In this document: positions 1 through 8,133 of the stretch, in pieces
Layout of the letters: each line of letters starts with the position of its first letter
Numbering within the stretch: the first letter of the stretch is position 1
NCBI GenBank assembly: GCA_002347155.1
Contig: DDXO01000120.1
Span: 17,709-81,708, forward strand
Direction: 5' to 3'
Source: a candidate division WOR-3 bacterium UBA2258
Lineage (GTDB): Bacteria; Hydrothermota; Tepidihabitantia; Tepidihabitantales; Tepidihabitantaceae
Length of the DNA: 64,000 bases
Notes under the pieces: model-generated
What the model was told of the DNA's origin: nothing
Seen by the model: the letters and a program-made list of their open reading frames with translations, nothing else
Database searches by the model: none
Program-made: the position numbers and the translations under genes

Positions 1-979
1 GGGTCGGGCAACTTGACAGCGAGATTGGCCTGTTTCATCTCAACTGCGTAATCGTCTTTGCCATCGAAGTCAGCAAATACGTTTCTGGCAAAGTTCACCT
101 CTGCGGGCGTAGCTCTCTTCTCCAAGGCCTCGAAGAAAGCCTCGGCGGTCAGATTGAACCGCGCAGCTGAACGGCCGCCGGCGTGCTCGGTCTGAGCGGC
201 GGCCACATCACAGCGGATGCTGCCCCCAACGCCTTCAGTCTTGACCGTAATCACGGTACGCGGGATTTCCTTGGTCCTTGCGACCCGACGGGGAATGACT
301 AGGTGCAGCTCTTCCTGTCCAATCACAGTGCGGAAGAGCTGGAGCTCCATAAGTGCCCAAGTGAAGCGTAGCAATGGCGCCTTGGAGAGGAAGTCGTCGA
401 CCATCCGCTCCACGTTCTCTCGGATGCCATCGCCAACAACCAGGAGCATGAATCTGCCTTCCCGCAAATTGCGGCCAACCGTGTCCACGAGGGACGACTC
501 GTCCAGTCCCTCTATGGGTCTTCCCCCTCTCTTCGAAAGCGTGGCAAGCACACCGTCATCACAACGCTCGTACTTTCTGTTGTATCCCCGCACGATACCG
601 TCCAGGTCATCGAACGACCAACCACTGATCTCCTTGGCGTAGTCCATAATCTGAGCTACCACTTCCCGGAGTGCCTGCGGATTACGCCACAGCTTGGTTT
701 CTACTATCGTGAGATACCCGCTTGGGCTGAGCAGTAGATTGTCTATGCTGCCGGAGGCTATTGCGACTTCACGGCCCACTGAGATTGGGGGGCCGAACAC
801 TGCATCGACCTCTTCGACGGGGAGAATGCGTGGATTGGCCCTGATGAAGTCCTGTAGCCACGCCTCCTTCTTGTTGTCGCTCGATCGCAGAATCACCCGC
901 TCGAGTCGCGGAACGACAAGAGATCCATCTGCCCTTATGAGGGACGGACCTCCTTGTGAACGCTCATTCTGACTAGGCA
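1..979 (-). CDS. hypothetical protein, 5'-partial in window (runs off the left edge); possible PD-(D/E)xK-type nuclease fold
   Basis: I translated the minus strand from ATG at 979 to position 1 with no stop (MPSQNERSQGG...IDNLLLSPSGYLTIVETKLWRNPQALREVVAQIMDY...). It is absent from the ORF track because it is truncated by the window edge. The D...E-x-K spacing (IDN..IVETKL) resembles a PD-(D/E)xK core. The two plus-strand ORFs listed here (217-642, 694-972) are S/R/P-rich low-complexity antisense artefacts. Confidence 0.45.
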
Positions 980-1588
980 TCACGCCTTCCTTTCACTGAA
1001 ATTGCCTGGCTGGATCACGCCAGCCCTCCGTAGGAGCTGCAAGGTACGGCCGAGTTCCGAACTGGCCGGTGTGCTTGTTATGACTGGGAGCATCTCAGCC
1101 ACCATCTCGCCTAGCGTAATGAGCCGCAGGGGATTACCGCGCAGCGCCTTGCGGAACCGCGGGTTGTTCTCCCAGTCCGAGCGGTCGCCGGACAGCCAGG
1201 TCACTGCTGTGACATACGTGAACTTGCGAGACCCCGTGAGTCGCGACACTTCGTCCCGGAACGCCGCGCTCCACTTCGGCACCATGAGCTCTCTGAAGCC
1301 CTGCAGAGACTCTCGGCCCGAGTGGATCTTGTTTTCTTTCAAGCCAGTGAGCTGATAGCCGACGCGGAATCCTCCCTGCCAGCTCTTACAGCTCACGGCC
1401 CAGACCCGATCGCTACCTCGTAGGCGCGGATTCACTCCGACAACGTCGATGTCGCTGGCGACGCAGTCGGCCTTGGTTTCGTAGTCGCGGTGACGCTTGC
1501 TGGGACGAAACTTCACGTTGTGCCGCGTGAAGTACCCTTTTGACTGCAGATAGTCGTCGACTACCTGCTCGAGGACGTCCTCCTTCAT
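980..1588 (-). CDS. hypothetical protein, possible PD-(D/E)xK nuclease-like (SDIDVVGV...AVSCKSW)
   Basis: A 202 aa ORF with coding-like composition. Its stop abuts the start of the downstream minus-strand gene at 979 (operon-like). A D-x-D...S-C-K arrangement suggests a restriction-endonuclease-like fold; this is inference only. Confidence 0.4.
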   Translation of the reverse strand: MKEDVLEQVVDDYLQSKGYFTRHNVKFRPSKRHRDYETKADCVASDIDVVGVNPRLRGSDRVWAVSCKSWQGGFRVGYQLTGLKENKIHSGRESLQGFRELMVPKWSAAFRDEVSRLTGSRKFTYVTAVTWLSGDRSDWENNPRFRKALRGNPLRLITLGEMVAEMLPVITSTPASSELGRTLQLLRRAGVIQPGNFSERKA

Positions 1589-1698
1589 CTTGGTGGGCGA
1601 ACTTCTCGTCGCATGATGCGAGACCCGTATGTGGTGAGGTTAGTCACGGCCGGATTCTAGGCCGCGCGGGCGGTCGTGTCAAATGGGCGGGAAAGCGG

Positions 1699-1935
1699 TC
1701 AGAACCCCAGACTCCCGTCCTCGATTCCGAGCGCGAGGGAAATCGCCAGCGCGTTGCGAAGCATGAACGACCCGTAGCCCTTCGCCAGTTGCGCCAGATG
1801 CTCGGCGGCCAGCGGGGTCCACTCAGCATCATCGGTCAGTATCTGTTCTAGCGATTCGGTCTTGCCGCAGTCCACGTTGTCGAAGAGCGTACGGTACTCG
1901 TTGACGAGCCCGCTCACATCTGCTTGAGCCGGCAT
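1699..1935 (-). CDS. hypothetical small protein (78 aa), first gene of a 3-gene minus-strand operon
   Basis: ORF with a balanced amino-acid composition, co-directional and closely spaced with 980-1588. Confidence 0.3.
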   Translation of the reverse strand: MPAQADVSGLVNEYRTLFDNVDCGKTESLEQILTDDAEWTPLAAEHLAQLAKGYGSFMLRNALAISLALGIEDGSLGF

Positions 1936-2050
1936 ATTGCCTCCTAAGTGAACTCATTTCGGTCGAGAAGAACGCCGTTGCGTGTCACCCCAGATTCTTG
2001 TATCAGAGATACGGTATGTAAAGCCCGTGGACATAAACCCATCAGCGCGG

Positions 2051-2275
2051 ATGATGTTGTATATGGCTAACGTCCGGGCCCGGTTCGGCCGCAGGTTGCG
2101 CGAGCTACGAATCAAGCGCAAGCTGTCGCAGGAAGCTCTGTCGTTCGAGGCCGACCTCGACCGGTCATACATCGGGCAGGTCGAGCGTGGCGAGTGCAAC
2201 ATCTCGCTTCAGAACATGGGGAAACTGGCACGGGCCCTCAAGGTCCGTCTGTCCGACCTTCTACGCGGGGTCTGA
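2051..2275 (+). CDS. XRE-family helix-turn-helix transcriptional regulator
   Basis: MANVRARFGRRLRELRIKRKLSQEALSFEADLDRSYIGQVERGECNISLQNMGKLARALKVRLSDLL is a canonical Cro/C1 HTH (LSQEAL...SYI..ERG). The track ORF starts at GTG 1982; the ATGs at 2051-2063 are more likely starts. Confidence 0.8.
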   Translation: MMLYMANVRARFGRRLRELRIKRKLSQEALSFEADLDRSYIGQVERGECNISLQNMGKLARALKVRLSDLLRGV

Positions 2276-2324
2276 GGTGCCGGCGCTACCATACAAGCCG
2301 GGCGACATCATCAAGTATGTCGAG

Positions 2325-2984
2325 ATGAACATGGCAGAGGGTGGGAGTTTCCAGAAGGGCATGAACTTCCGTCCGCGTGGAGGAACCAGCCTGTTTCTCA
2401 TGAGCACGCGTCGCGGTGCTCCGTACAACGACCGCGTGGAGAAGCAGGGCAGAGTGCTCATCTATGAGGGCCACAACGCCAAGCGGAGTCGGGGCGGTCC
2501 GGACCCGGCTATGATCGACCAGCCAGCCGTCACTCCGAGTGGACGATTTACGGAGAACGGGAGATTCGCGATCGCCGCCCGTGCGTTCAAGCAGAAGCGG
2601 GCTCCGGCCGAACCCATACGCGTCTATGACAAAGTCCACGAGGGTATCTGGGTATACAACGGCCTGTTCAACCTCGTTGACGCATGGCAAGAGGAATCTG
2701 GCCAGCGTAAGGTCTACAAGTTCAAGCTCGTGCTGGCAGAGGACCAAACTACTAGCCCTGCTCGTGCGGCGTTGGAGATCGAGCATACGCGAGTGATTCC
2801 GACACCTGTGAAGCAGGAAGTCTGGCTCCGCGACAAAGGCCGCTGTGTCATTTGCGGTGGTGACAAGAACCTCCATTTTGACCACATCATCCCATGGTCA
2901 AAGGGCGGCTCATCGTTGGTCGCGGAGAACATACAGCTTCTCTGCGCCAAGCACAACCTCGCAAAGCATGACCGGATAGAGTAG
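2325..2984 (+). CDS. HNH endonuclease with SRA/SAD-like N-terminal domain (putative modification-dependent Type IV restriction enzyme)
   Basis: C-terminal HNH motif: CVICGGDKNLHFDHIIPWSKGGSSLVAENIQLLCAKHN. The N-terminal region has SRA-like strings (LIYEGHNAKRSRGG; PIRVYDKVHEGIWVYNGLFNL). Start refined to ATG 2325, just after the XRE gene. Confidence 0.7.
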   Translation: MNMAEGGSFQKGMNFRPRGGTSLFLMSTRRGAPYNDRVEKQGRVLIYEGHNAKRSRGGPDPAMIDQPAVTPSGRFTENGRFAIAARAFKQKRAPAEPIRVYDKVHEGIWVYNGLFNLVDAWQEESGQRKVYKFKLVLAEDQTTSPARAALEIEHTRVIPTPVKQEVWLRDKGRCVICGGDKNLHFDHIIPWSKGGSSLVAENIQLLCAKHNLAKHDRIE

Positions 2985-3116
2985 GACCCCGTCCCACCCG
3001 GTCGACGTAGGTGCGTGGAGGCCGGCTTCTCCGGCCAGCTTTTCCTGGGACCAGCCTCGCTTCTCGCGAAGCCTTCGTATGTTGTGTCCGGCTATCTTCT
3101 TGATGTCTTCTGCCAC
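2910..3116 (-). pseudogene. frameshifted remnant of a second XRE-family HTH regulator
   Basis: MAEDIKKIAGHNIRRLREKRGWSQEKLAGEAGLH is an HTH first half. The expected continuation RTYVDRVGRG is found in the other minus frame (ORF 2887-3123), so there is a frameshift. The fragment overlaps the 3' end of the HNH gene. Confidence 0.4.
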
Positions 3117-3149
3117 GGGTCAATTATCCCGTCAGCGCCCTTACGGGCA

Positions 3150-3177
3150 ACGCCCTAAAGGGCGCAGGGCGTTTTTC
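3150..3177 (+). terminator. putative rho-independent terminator
   Basis: acgccct-aaagggcgc-agggcgt followed by ttttt. Confidence 0.4.
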
Positions 3178-3304
3178 GGCCTCGGCGGGCGGTTGCGGGT
3201 GAAGGACGCTTGTATCCGATAGACGCCTATCGGTCTACAGCCTATCGGTCGCAGCCAGGGAAAGTGCCCCAGAGGTCAAGTGGTCTAGTGGAGGACGGGG
3301 ACAA

Positions 3305-3492
3305 TTCAGAATTCAGAAACCAGAGACCAGAATTCAGAATTCCAGGGTTCCGGGCTGCCGATGTCGCGCGGCTAATCGGGGTGAACGGGCAGGGTCCGAG
3401 GATTCGAGGATTCCAGGAGTCGAGTGGCGGAACGGACGTATCCGGTCTCGGATAAATCAGAACTCAGAAACCAGATGTCAGAATGCAGAACG
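3305..3492. repeat. cluster of short degenerate tandem repeats (CAGAAYTCAGAAACCAGA x2; GAGGATTC; GTGGTCTAGTGG)
   Basis: Near-identical strings at 3305-3349 and 3452-3492. ccgaggattcgaggattccaggagtcgag at 3396-3424 recurs in altered form at 4840-4866. Confidence 0.6.
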
Positions 3493-3550
3493 TCGGAGAC
3501 TCACGACTTGATGTTCCTTCGACTTCGCTCAGGACAAGCCTTGGCGACCA

Positions 3551-3647
3551 TGGCGGTCACCCCATTTTCGATTGCCGGATCGACATCTGTGTCCATCAGT
3601 GTGCCTCCGTGTTGGCTCTCTTCGGGATTCCAGTGGCGTTCTTGGCG
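3551..3647. repeat. direct repeat 'B', copy 1 (~97 bp)
   Basis: tggcggtcaccccattttcgattgccggatcgacatctgtgtccatcagtgtgcctccgtgttggctctcttcgggattccagtggcgttcttggcg is ~93% identical to 4713-4836, which has a 21-bp internal duplication. Confidence 0.75.
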
Positions 3648-3726
3648 ACCTTGGCGGTTGGCGGTTAGCGGAGAACGGTTAGCGGAAGTGGGGCCGCCGA
3701 GGCAGGCGCAGAATTGCTGTGAGGGG

Positions 3727-4059
3727 CTAGAGCGACTTGCAGACCTGACGAAGAGTCAGGACAACGCGAGACCAGTCGCCGGGCGTGAGCCGGCCCAGCT
3801 TCCTGTCAACCAGGCTTCGTTGCAGCGCAGCGACTTTGTGAAGCCGCACGACCGATGGAAGCAGCAGTCCGGCCTGCTGCCATTCGTTCAGCGTAACGTC
3901 TTGCGGAGTTGCCGAGAGCTGACCGGTGACACGCGCTACAACGATGTCGTCATCGCCCGTATCAAGCAGAAGCAACGCCGGTCGTCGCTTTGATCCGGAC
4001 GCATCAGTGAAGGGAAACTTGAGCAGGACGATGTCGCCGGCCGCGTACGAAGCCAACAT
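3727..4059 (-). CDS. mazF: type II toxin, MazF/PemK family endoribonuclease
   Basis: GDIVLLKFPFTDASGSKRRPALLLL...IVVARVTGQ matches the PemK/MazF signature. Its start overlaps the upstream antitoxin stop at 4059. Confidence 0.85.
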   Translation of the reverse strand: MLASYAAGDIVLLKFPFTDASGSKRRPALLLLDTGDDDIVVARVTGQLSATPQDVTLNEWQQAGLLLPSVVRLHKVAALQRSLVDRKLGRLTPGDWSRVVLTLRQVCKSL

Positions 4060-4277
4060 CAGGGCCGGTCGTATGCGGCGTCGGCGGCGGCGTAGCCGGA
4101 CAGGAACTGGTCGGTAGTCAGGCTATCCCAGGCGGACTGCTCGTCCGCGTCAGACGGGTCGGGGACCAGGACGATCACTCGCGCAGTCTTGCCGGCGGGC
4201 AGTGTTCGACGCAGTCGCTCAGGGATCTCCAGGTTGCCTTCGGCAGTTATCTTCGCCGGCGACTCGTAGGCTTTCAT
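4059..4277 (-). CDS. type II antitoxin, AbrB/MazE (SpoVT-AbrB) family
   Basis: KITAEGNLEIPERLRRTLPAGKTARVIVL is a swapped-hairpin AbrB-like motif. Sits immediately upstream of mazF in the same operon. Confidence 0.7.
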   Translation of the reverse strand: MKAYESPAKITAEGNLEIPERLRRTLPAGKTARVIVLVPDPSDADEQSAWDSLTTDQFLSGYAAADAAYDRP

Positions 4278-4280
4278 GCG

Positions 4281-4499
4281 TCAGATGCCCTGCAGGCGGC
4301 CGCTACGCTTGGCGTCCTTCGCCTCGCGTACAAGGAAGTCCAGTTTGCCTGAGGCGGAATCGGTTTCGATCTCTCGGTCCCATGCCTGCCAGTCCCTTTC
4401 GAGGAACCAGCGGCGGAACTTGTCGTAGTCCGGTTCGGGCAATTGCTCGACCGCGGTCTCAAGCTCGGTCAATCGGCCGCCCATTTTCACAGGTGACAT
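4281..4499 (-). CDS. hypothetical small protein, first gene of the TA operon (possible accessory antitoxin-like component)
   Basis: ORF 4281-4535. The likely start is an internal Met (MSPVKMGGRLTELETAVEQLPEPDYDKFRRWFLE...), with a 3-nt gap to the antitoxin gene. I could not assign a family. Confidence 0.3.
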   Translation of the reverse strand: MSPVKMGGRLTELETAVEQLPEPDYDKFRRWFLERDWQAWDREIETDSASGKLDFLVREAKDAKRSGRLQGI

Positions 4500-4656
4500 A
4501 TGAGGTAGTGTAGCTGTATGGAGAACCGGAGTCAAGACGCGGGCGGGAGGGCGAGGTAGGATGTCAGATGCTGGACGTAAGAGGTCAGAAGTGCAGGAGG
4601 AAAGGGATCGAGGGATAGAGAGATCGAGGGATCGAGTGCGAGGAGTAGGGTTCTGG

Positions 4657-4709
4657 GGTTCGGGTCGAGAATCTGTGGAATCTGCGTAATCTGTGGATGT
4701 CCTCTCCGA
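4657..4709. repeat. direct repeat 'A', copy 1 (52-53 bp)
   Basis: ggttcgggtcgagaatctgtggaatctgcgtaatctgtggatgtcctctccga is identical to 4864-4915. It contains an internal AATCTGTGGA x2. Confidence 0.8.
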
Positions 4710-4712
4710 CCT

Positions 4713-4836
4713 TGGCGGTCACCCCATTTTCGAGTCTAGATTGCCGATTTTCGATTGCCGGATCGACATCTGTGTCCATCAGTGTGCATCCGTGGTTGGC
4801 TCTCTTCGGAATTCCGGTGGCGGTCTTGGCGGTTCT
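4713..4836. repeat. direct repeat 'B', copy 2
   Basis: See copy 1 at 3551-3647. Copies A-B-A sit upstream of the TA operon and copy B1 sits downstream of it. Confidence 0.75.
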
Positions 4837-4863
4837 CAAGGACTCGGGTTCCAGGATTCCGAG

Positions 4864-4915
4864 GTTCGGGTCGAGAATCTGTGGAATCTGCGTAATCTGT
4901 GGATGTCCTCTCCGA
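4864..4915. repeat. direct repeat 'A', copy 2
   Basis: Identical 52-mer to 4657-4709. Confidence 0.8.
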
Positions 4916-4950
4916 AGGGACGGAAGGGGTCAGATCGGCTAAATCCGTGG

Positions 4951-5007
4951 TAAACGGTTGTTTACATACCCTCTCAGGACCAGGTTGAGGTTAAGGTTGA
5001 GGTTAGG
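4951..5007. promoter_or_regulatory. inverted repeat GTAAAC-GGTT-GTTTAC followed by a (GGTTGA/GGTTAA)n hexamer tract, ~150 bp upstream of the ECF sigma gene
   Basis: gtaaacggttgtttac at 4951-4966 and ggttgaggttaaggttgaggttagg at 4982-5007. Possible operator site; the hexamer tract belongs to a recurring family in this window. Confidence 0.3.
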
Positions 5008-5161
5008 CATCTATCTGACAATCTAGTAATCACTTAGGAGAATTCTGGAACTGCGTTTTTCGGCTTGATTCCGGTGACGGGTTGGGTAATGTGTGACGTA
5101 GTTAATGCGGGGCTGGGCAGGATGTTTCCCGATGTGCCCGGCGCCGAAATGAGGAGTAACC

Positions 5162-5902
5162 ATGTGTAATAAGTCTGCAGGAAACAAGGCGTTACTGGTG
5201 AAGGAATCGGTGGCGCGGGTGCTGGCCGGCGATGTGGGGGCCTACTCGGCTATCTACAAGGTCTGCGATGGGCCGCTTCGTTCTTTCATCTGGTCGCGCC
5301 ACGGGCAGTTGGGCAGGGATTTCGTCTCCGAGGTCGCAATCCGCACTCACGAGTACGCGTTCTCGCACTTGAACAACTATCGCTCGGACCGGGGCGCATC
5401 GTTCCAGACGTGGCTGAACTGGCTGTCGCGGAACTTCGCCGGTCACGTCAGGCGGGAGTGGTACAACCAGAGGTTCGTGCGGTACGACCAGGCGCTGCAC
5501 GAGGCCTGGACGGTGACGGAGACCGGGCCGGCCGATGAGTATGAGGAGACGCGGCTCAGTCGCGTCCTGCACGAGGAGACCGAATCGCTGCCCGAGGCTG
5601 AACGGCAGGTCATCGTGCTGCACGACATCGAGGGCCTGCCGCATCCCGCGTGTGCAAGAGCAACGGGACTGACCTATGAGCAGGTACGTCATAGACGCAG
5701 GCTGGCCCTGGCCGCGCTGAGGCGGCGGTTGGAGCTGCGCGGCGTCAGTCCGGTGCCCGTAGACTCGACGCCCGCGCCCATCTGGTACGGCGAGGACAGG
5801 ACCGACCGGAATGACGGTTTGACGGCGCCGGAAACCGCCCTTCTGCCGGATGGTCCAGATGTGCTGGTTGGCGCAGCAGCCAAGGAGGAGGATGAAGAGT
5901 GA
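5162..5902 (+). CDS. RNA polymerase sigma-70 factor, ECF subfamily
   Basis: Region 2-like FQTWLNWLSRNFAGHVRRE and region 4 HTH LPEAERQVIVLHDIEGLPHPACARATGLTYEQVRHRRRLALAALRRRL. RBS GAGGAG sits 6 nt before ATG 5162. Confidence 0.8.
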   Translation: MCNKSAGNKALLVKESVARVLAGDVGAYSAIYKVCDGPLRSFIWSRHGQLGRDFVSEVAIRTHEYAFSHLNNYRSDRGASFQTWLNWLSRNFAGHVRREWYNQRFVRYDQALHEAWTVTETGPADEYEETRLSRVLHEETESLPEAERQVIVLHDIEGLPHPACARATGLTYEQVRHRRRLALAALRRRLELRGVSPVPVDSTPAPIWYGEDRTDRNDGLTAPETALLPDGPDVLVGAAAKEEDEE

Positions 5903-6175
5903 GGGAGGAAGGATAGACAGGAGAAGCCAGAGGCTGAGGCCCTGCCGCAAAGGCACAGAGACACTTAGAGATCCCGGAGTCCGGACCTTGGTGACTTGGT
6001 GTCCTGGTGGTTGAATCCGTTCTGCTGAGCTGCCGAATTCACGGCAGCTCTCTTTTCACAGGTAGGGGGTTGGCGTGAGTATAACATAGTGAAGGGGCAG
6101 AAGGCACAGTGGTCCAGGGATCAAGTGACCGAAGAAGCCCAAGTTCCGAAAAGAACCCAACAGGAAGGAGGGTCT

Positions 6176-6547
6176 GTGATAGACCCGACGAAGAGGATCG
6201 CCAACTGGAACGTGAAGTTCAACACCGAACGTATCAAGGCGACTCTCGATGAGAAGCGGCCGGCGATGCTGGCCAACGTCACCGCGGTGTACCCGATGAT
6301 CACGGCCATGGAGCTGCAGGTCAAGCAGGTCTGTGATGGCGCCGGAGTGGCGACCATCCAGTATCCGTTCTACCTCAACTTCGGCCGGGAGATGTGGGCG
6401 CTCTCCCGGAAGGAAATCTCCGGTGAGTCGCTCGCGCTGGAAGCCGCAATCCTGATCGCGAAGTGGAAGGCCCGCGGCCTGACCGAGGCCGTGCTGCAGG
6501 CCATCCGCACCGACGTCTTCAACGTCAGCGCGCCCATCGCGCCGTAA
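6176..6547 (+). CDS. hypothetical protein (~124 aa)
   Basis: Coding-like composition. Start refined to GTG 6176, which is preceded by AGGAGGG at a 5-nt spacing. The longer ORF from 6089 has no RBS. Confidence 0.4.
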   Translation: MIDPTKRIANWNVKFNTERIKATLDEKRPAMLANVTAVYPMITAMELQVKQVCDGAGVATIQYPFYLNFGREMWALSRKEISGESLALEAAILIAKWKARGLTEAVLQAIRTDVFNVSAPIAP

Positions 6548-6591
6548 GCGAAGGGTCAACCGCCAGGACGCCAGGCGGTTGGGAAGGAGAA

Positions 6592-6628
6592 GCCGGCGGG
6601 CCGTCGTGGCCCGCCGGCCTTGGTTTCG
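6592..6628. terminator. bidirectional intrinsic terminator between convergent genes
   Basis: Perfect 11-bp stem gccggcgggcc-gtcgt-ggcccgccggc followed by cttggtttcgg. Lies between the plus-strand gene ending at 6547 and the minus-strand serpin ending at 6658. Confidence 0.55.
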
Positions 6629-6657
6629 GTTGTGCCGAGCCTGCGGCTTGCCGCCTC

Positions 6658-7845
6658 CTACTGCTTGGGGTCGTAGATGGCGCCGAGGAAGAGGACCGAG
6701 CCGGTGACGTCGTCGCGGATGGCGCAGAGGAAGGGATGGTCGCAGACAAAGGAGAACTTGTCCTCAGGCCTCGGCACCGCGGTCATCATCATCTTGACCC
6801 CGGTCACCGCCGCCGCCTCGGTTCCTTCTTCGTTCACCTCGACGAACGTCTTGTGCAGGACGTCGCTGATTGCCGCGGTGGCAGGCGGCACGACCATCTT
6901 CGAGAAGTCGGCGCCGGGAGTGAACGCCAGCCCCATGCCGAGGACCTGGAGCGTCTTGACCAGGTTCTGCTCGAACTCGATCTTGAACCGTGGCAGCACG
7001 ACCGTGCCCTTCTTCTCGGCGAAGCCACTGAAGAGAGAGGAGGGAGAGGAGAGGAGGGAGGAGATCAGCTTCGCGAGGCCGTCCTTCGCGCGCGGCAGGA
7101 AGACGTACATGTTGAGCCGTTCGTCGCCGTAGGGCAGAACCACGGCCTGCATCGCGTCATCTTCCTTGTAGCGGAACTCGTCTTCCCGGTTCATCATCTG
7201 GCGCTGCGCCGCGCCCGCGGCGAGGTGGAACTCGCGCGCCGACGTGAGCTTGGGGTCGAACGCCTCGGTCCAGGTTCCTTTAAAGTAGATGGCGTTGACG
7301 AGGACAAGAAACTCATCGGGCGTCAGCTCGCTGACGATCTCCTTGATGCGGCCGCCCGTGTTCTTCGCCACCCAGTCATTTATGGTAGTGACGGCACTGG
7401 GCCGGCCGAAGTCAAGCGTGGTCACCGACGCCCGGTAGTAGCTGCCGCAGTCGTCGGCGAACTGCTTCCGCAGCATCACGCCTTTGCGCAGCCAGAGCGA
7501 GTTGGCGATGTCGAGCCGCACCCGCTTGTCCGCGCTGACGAGTTCCTCGCGCAGCTTCAGGTTGCCGGCCGCGACCTCGGCCCGGGAGAGCCCGGACACC
7601 TTCATCGCGCCGGCCATTGCCTCCCACGTTGCGCCGGCCGCTCCGTGCGCGGTCATCTGGAGCGCAAGCGCGATGCTCAGGGGCGAAATAAAGACGTTCT
7701 CCCCCGGTCTGGCGTCGGTCACGTAGCTGAAGACCTCGATCCCGAACTTGTTGTCGGCCTCGACCAGTTCCGCGGAACGGATTGCCGCCGGCTGGGCGCC
7801 GGATGCGGCCGCGCAGAAGAGGATGGCTGCGAGCAGTAGACTCAT
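6658..7845 (-). CDS. serpin (serine protease inhibitor) family protein, secreted
   Basis: FISPLSIALALQM, NAIYFKGTW, hinge/RCL EVNEEGTEAAAVTG, FVCDHPFLCAI. A signal-peptide-like N-terminus (MSLLLAAILFCAAASGA) begins at ATG 7845, which is preceded by GGAGG. It contains a GA-microsatellite-encoded insert (SSLLSSPSSLFS). Confidence 0.9.
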   Translation of the reverse strand: MSLLLAAILFCAAASGAQPAAIRSAELVEADNKFGIEVFSYVTDARPGENVFISPLSIALALQMTAHGAAGATWEAMAGAMKVSGLSRAEVAAGNLKLREELVSADKRVRLDIANSLWLRKGVMLRKQFADDCGSYYRASVTTLDFGRPSAVTTINDWVAKNTGGRIKEIVSELTPDEFLVLVNAIYFKGTWTEAFDPKLTSAREFHLAAGAAQRQMMNREDEFRYKEDDAMQAVVLPYGDERLNMYVFLPRAKDGLAKLISSLLSSPSSLFSGFAEKKGTVVLPRFKIEFEQNLVKTLQVLGMGLAFTPGADFSKMVVPPATAAISDVLHKTFVEVNEEGTEAAAVTGVKMMMTAVPRPEDKFSFVCDHPFLCAIRDDVTGSVLFLGAIYDPKQ

Positions 7846-8097
7846 GGTTCCTCCGATTATTCTCAAACAGGCTAGCCGGCTCGTCATTGCTTGTCAAAGA
7901 CAATCTACCTGCGGGCTCGGGAGGGTATTCCGGGAGGGAGGCCGGTGCTCAGGTGACAAGAGGGAAGTGCTCCAGTGCTCCTCACCCCAACCCTCTCCTC
8001 TGAGAGGAGAGGGAGAGCGAAGCGAGGGTGAGAAGGGGACGCAGGAAGAGACCGGAAGCCAGGGGTAGGATGGGCTGGTCAAGCGGTCGGAAAGGGA

Positions 8098-8133
8098 AGT
8101 GGTCGAGTAGCCTAGTGGTCCAGTGGTCCAGTG
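8098..8133. repeat. (AGTGGTC)n-type repeat tract at the 3' flank of tatC
   Basis: aagtggtcgagtagcctagtggtccagtggtccagtg. A related tract at 8817-8853 flanks the 5' side (tctagtggtcaggtggtctagcggtccagtgg), and another sits at 3281-3298. Confidence 0.6.

Noticed and set aside
217-972. Plus-strand ORFs 217-642 and 694-972 at the window start
   Set aside because: Both are Ser/Arg/Pro-rich low-complexity translations. The complementary strand carries a continuous, composition-normal ORF from 979 to the window edge, which I take as the real gene.
3551-4836. Repeat B as integron attC sites, because the TA cassette is flanked by ~100-bp direct repeats
   Set aside because: I found no R''(RYYYAAC)/R'(GTTRRRY) core sites and no internal dyad symmetry. 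No intI is in the window. The mobile-cassette idea is kept only as a hypothesis.
3483-4953. Small Cys-containing ORFs translated from repeat B (..GGHPIFDCRIDICVHQCASV..)
   Set aside because: The two copies differ by an indel and a 21-bp internal duplication that would not be tolerated in a coding sequence. There is no RBS.
6463-7839. 458-aa plus-strand ORF overlapping the serpin
   Set aside because: Arg/Gly/Ala-rich and antisense to a gene with unambiguous serpin motifs. It is the typical shadow ORF of high-GC DNA.
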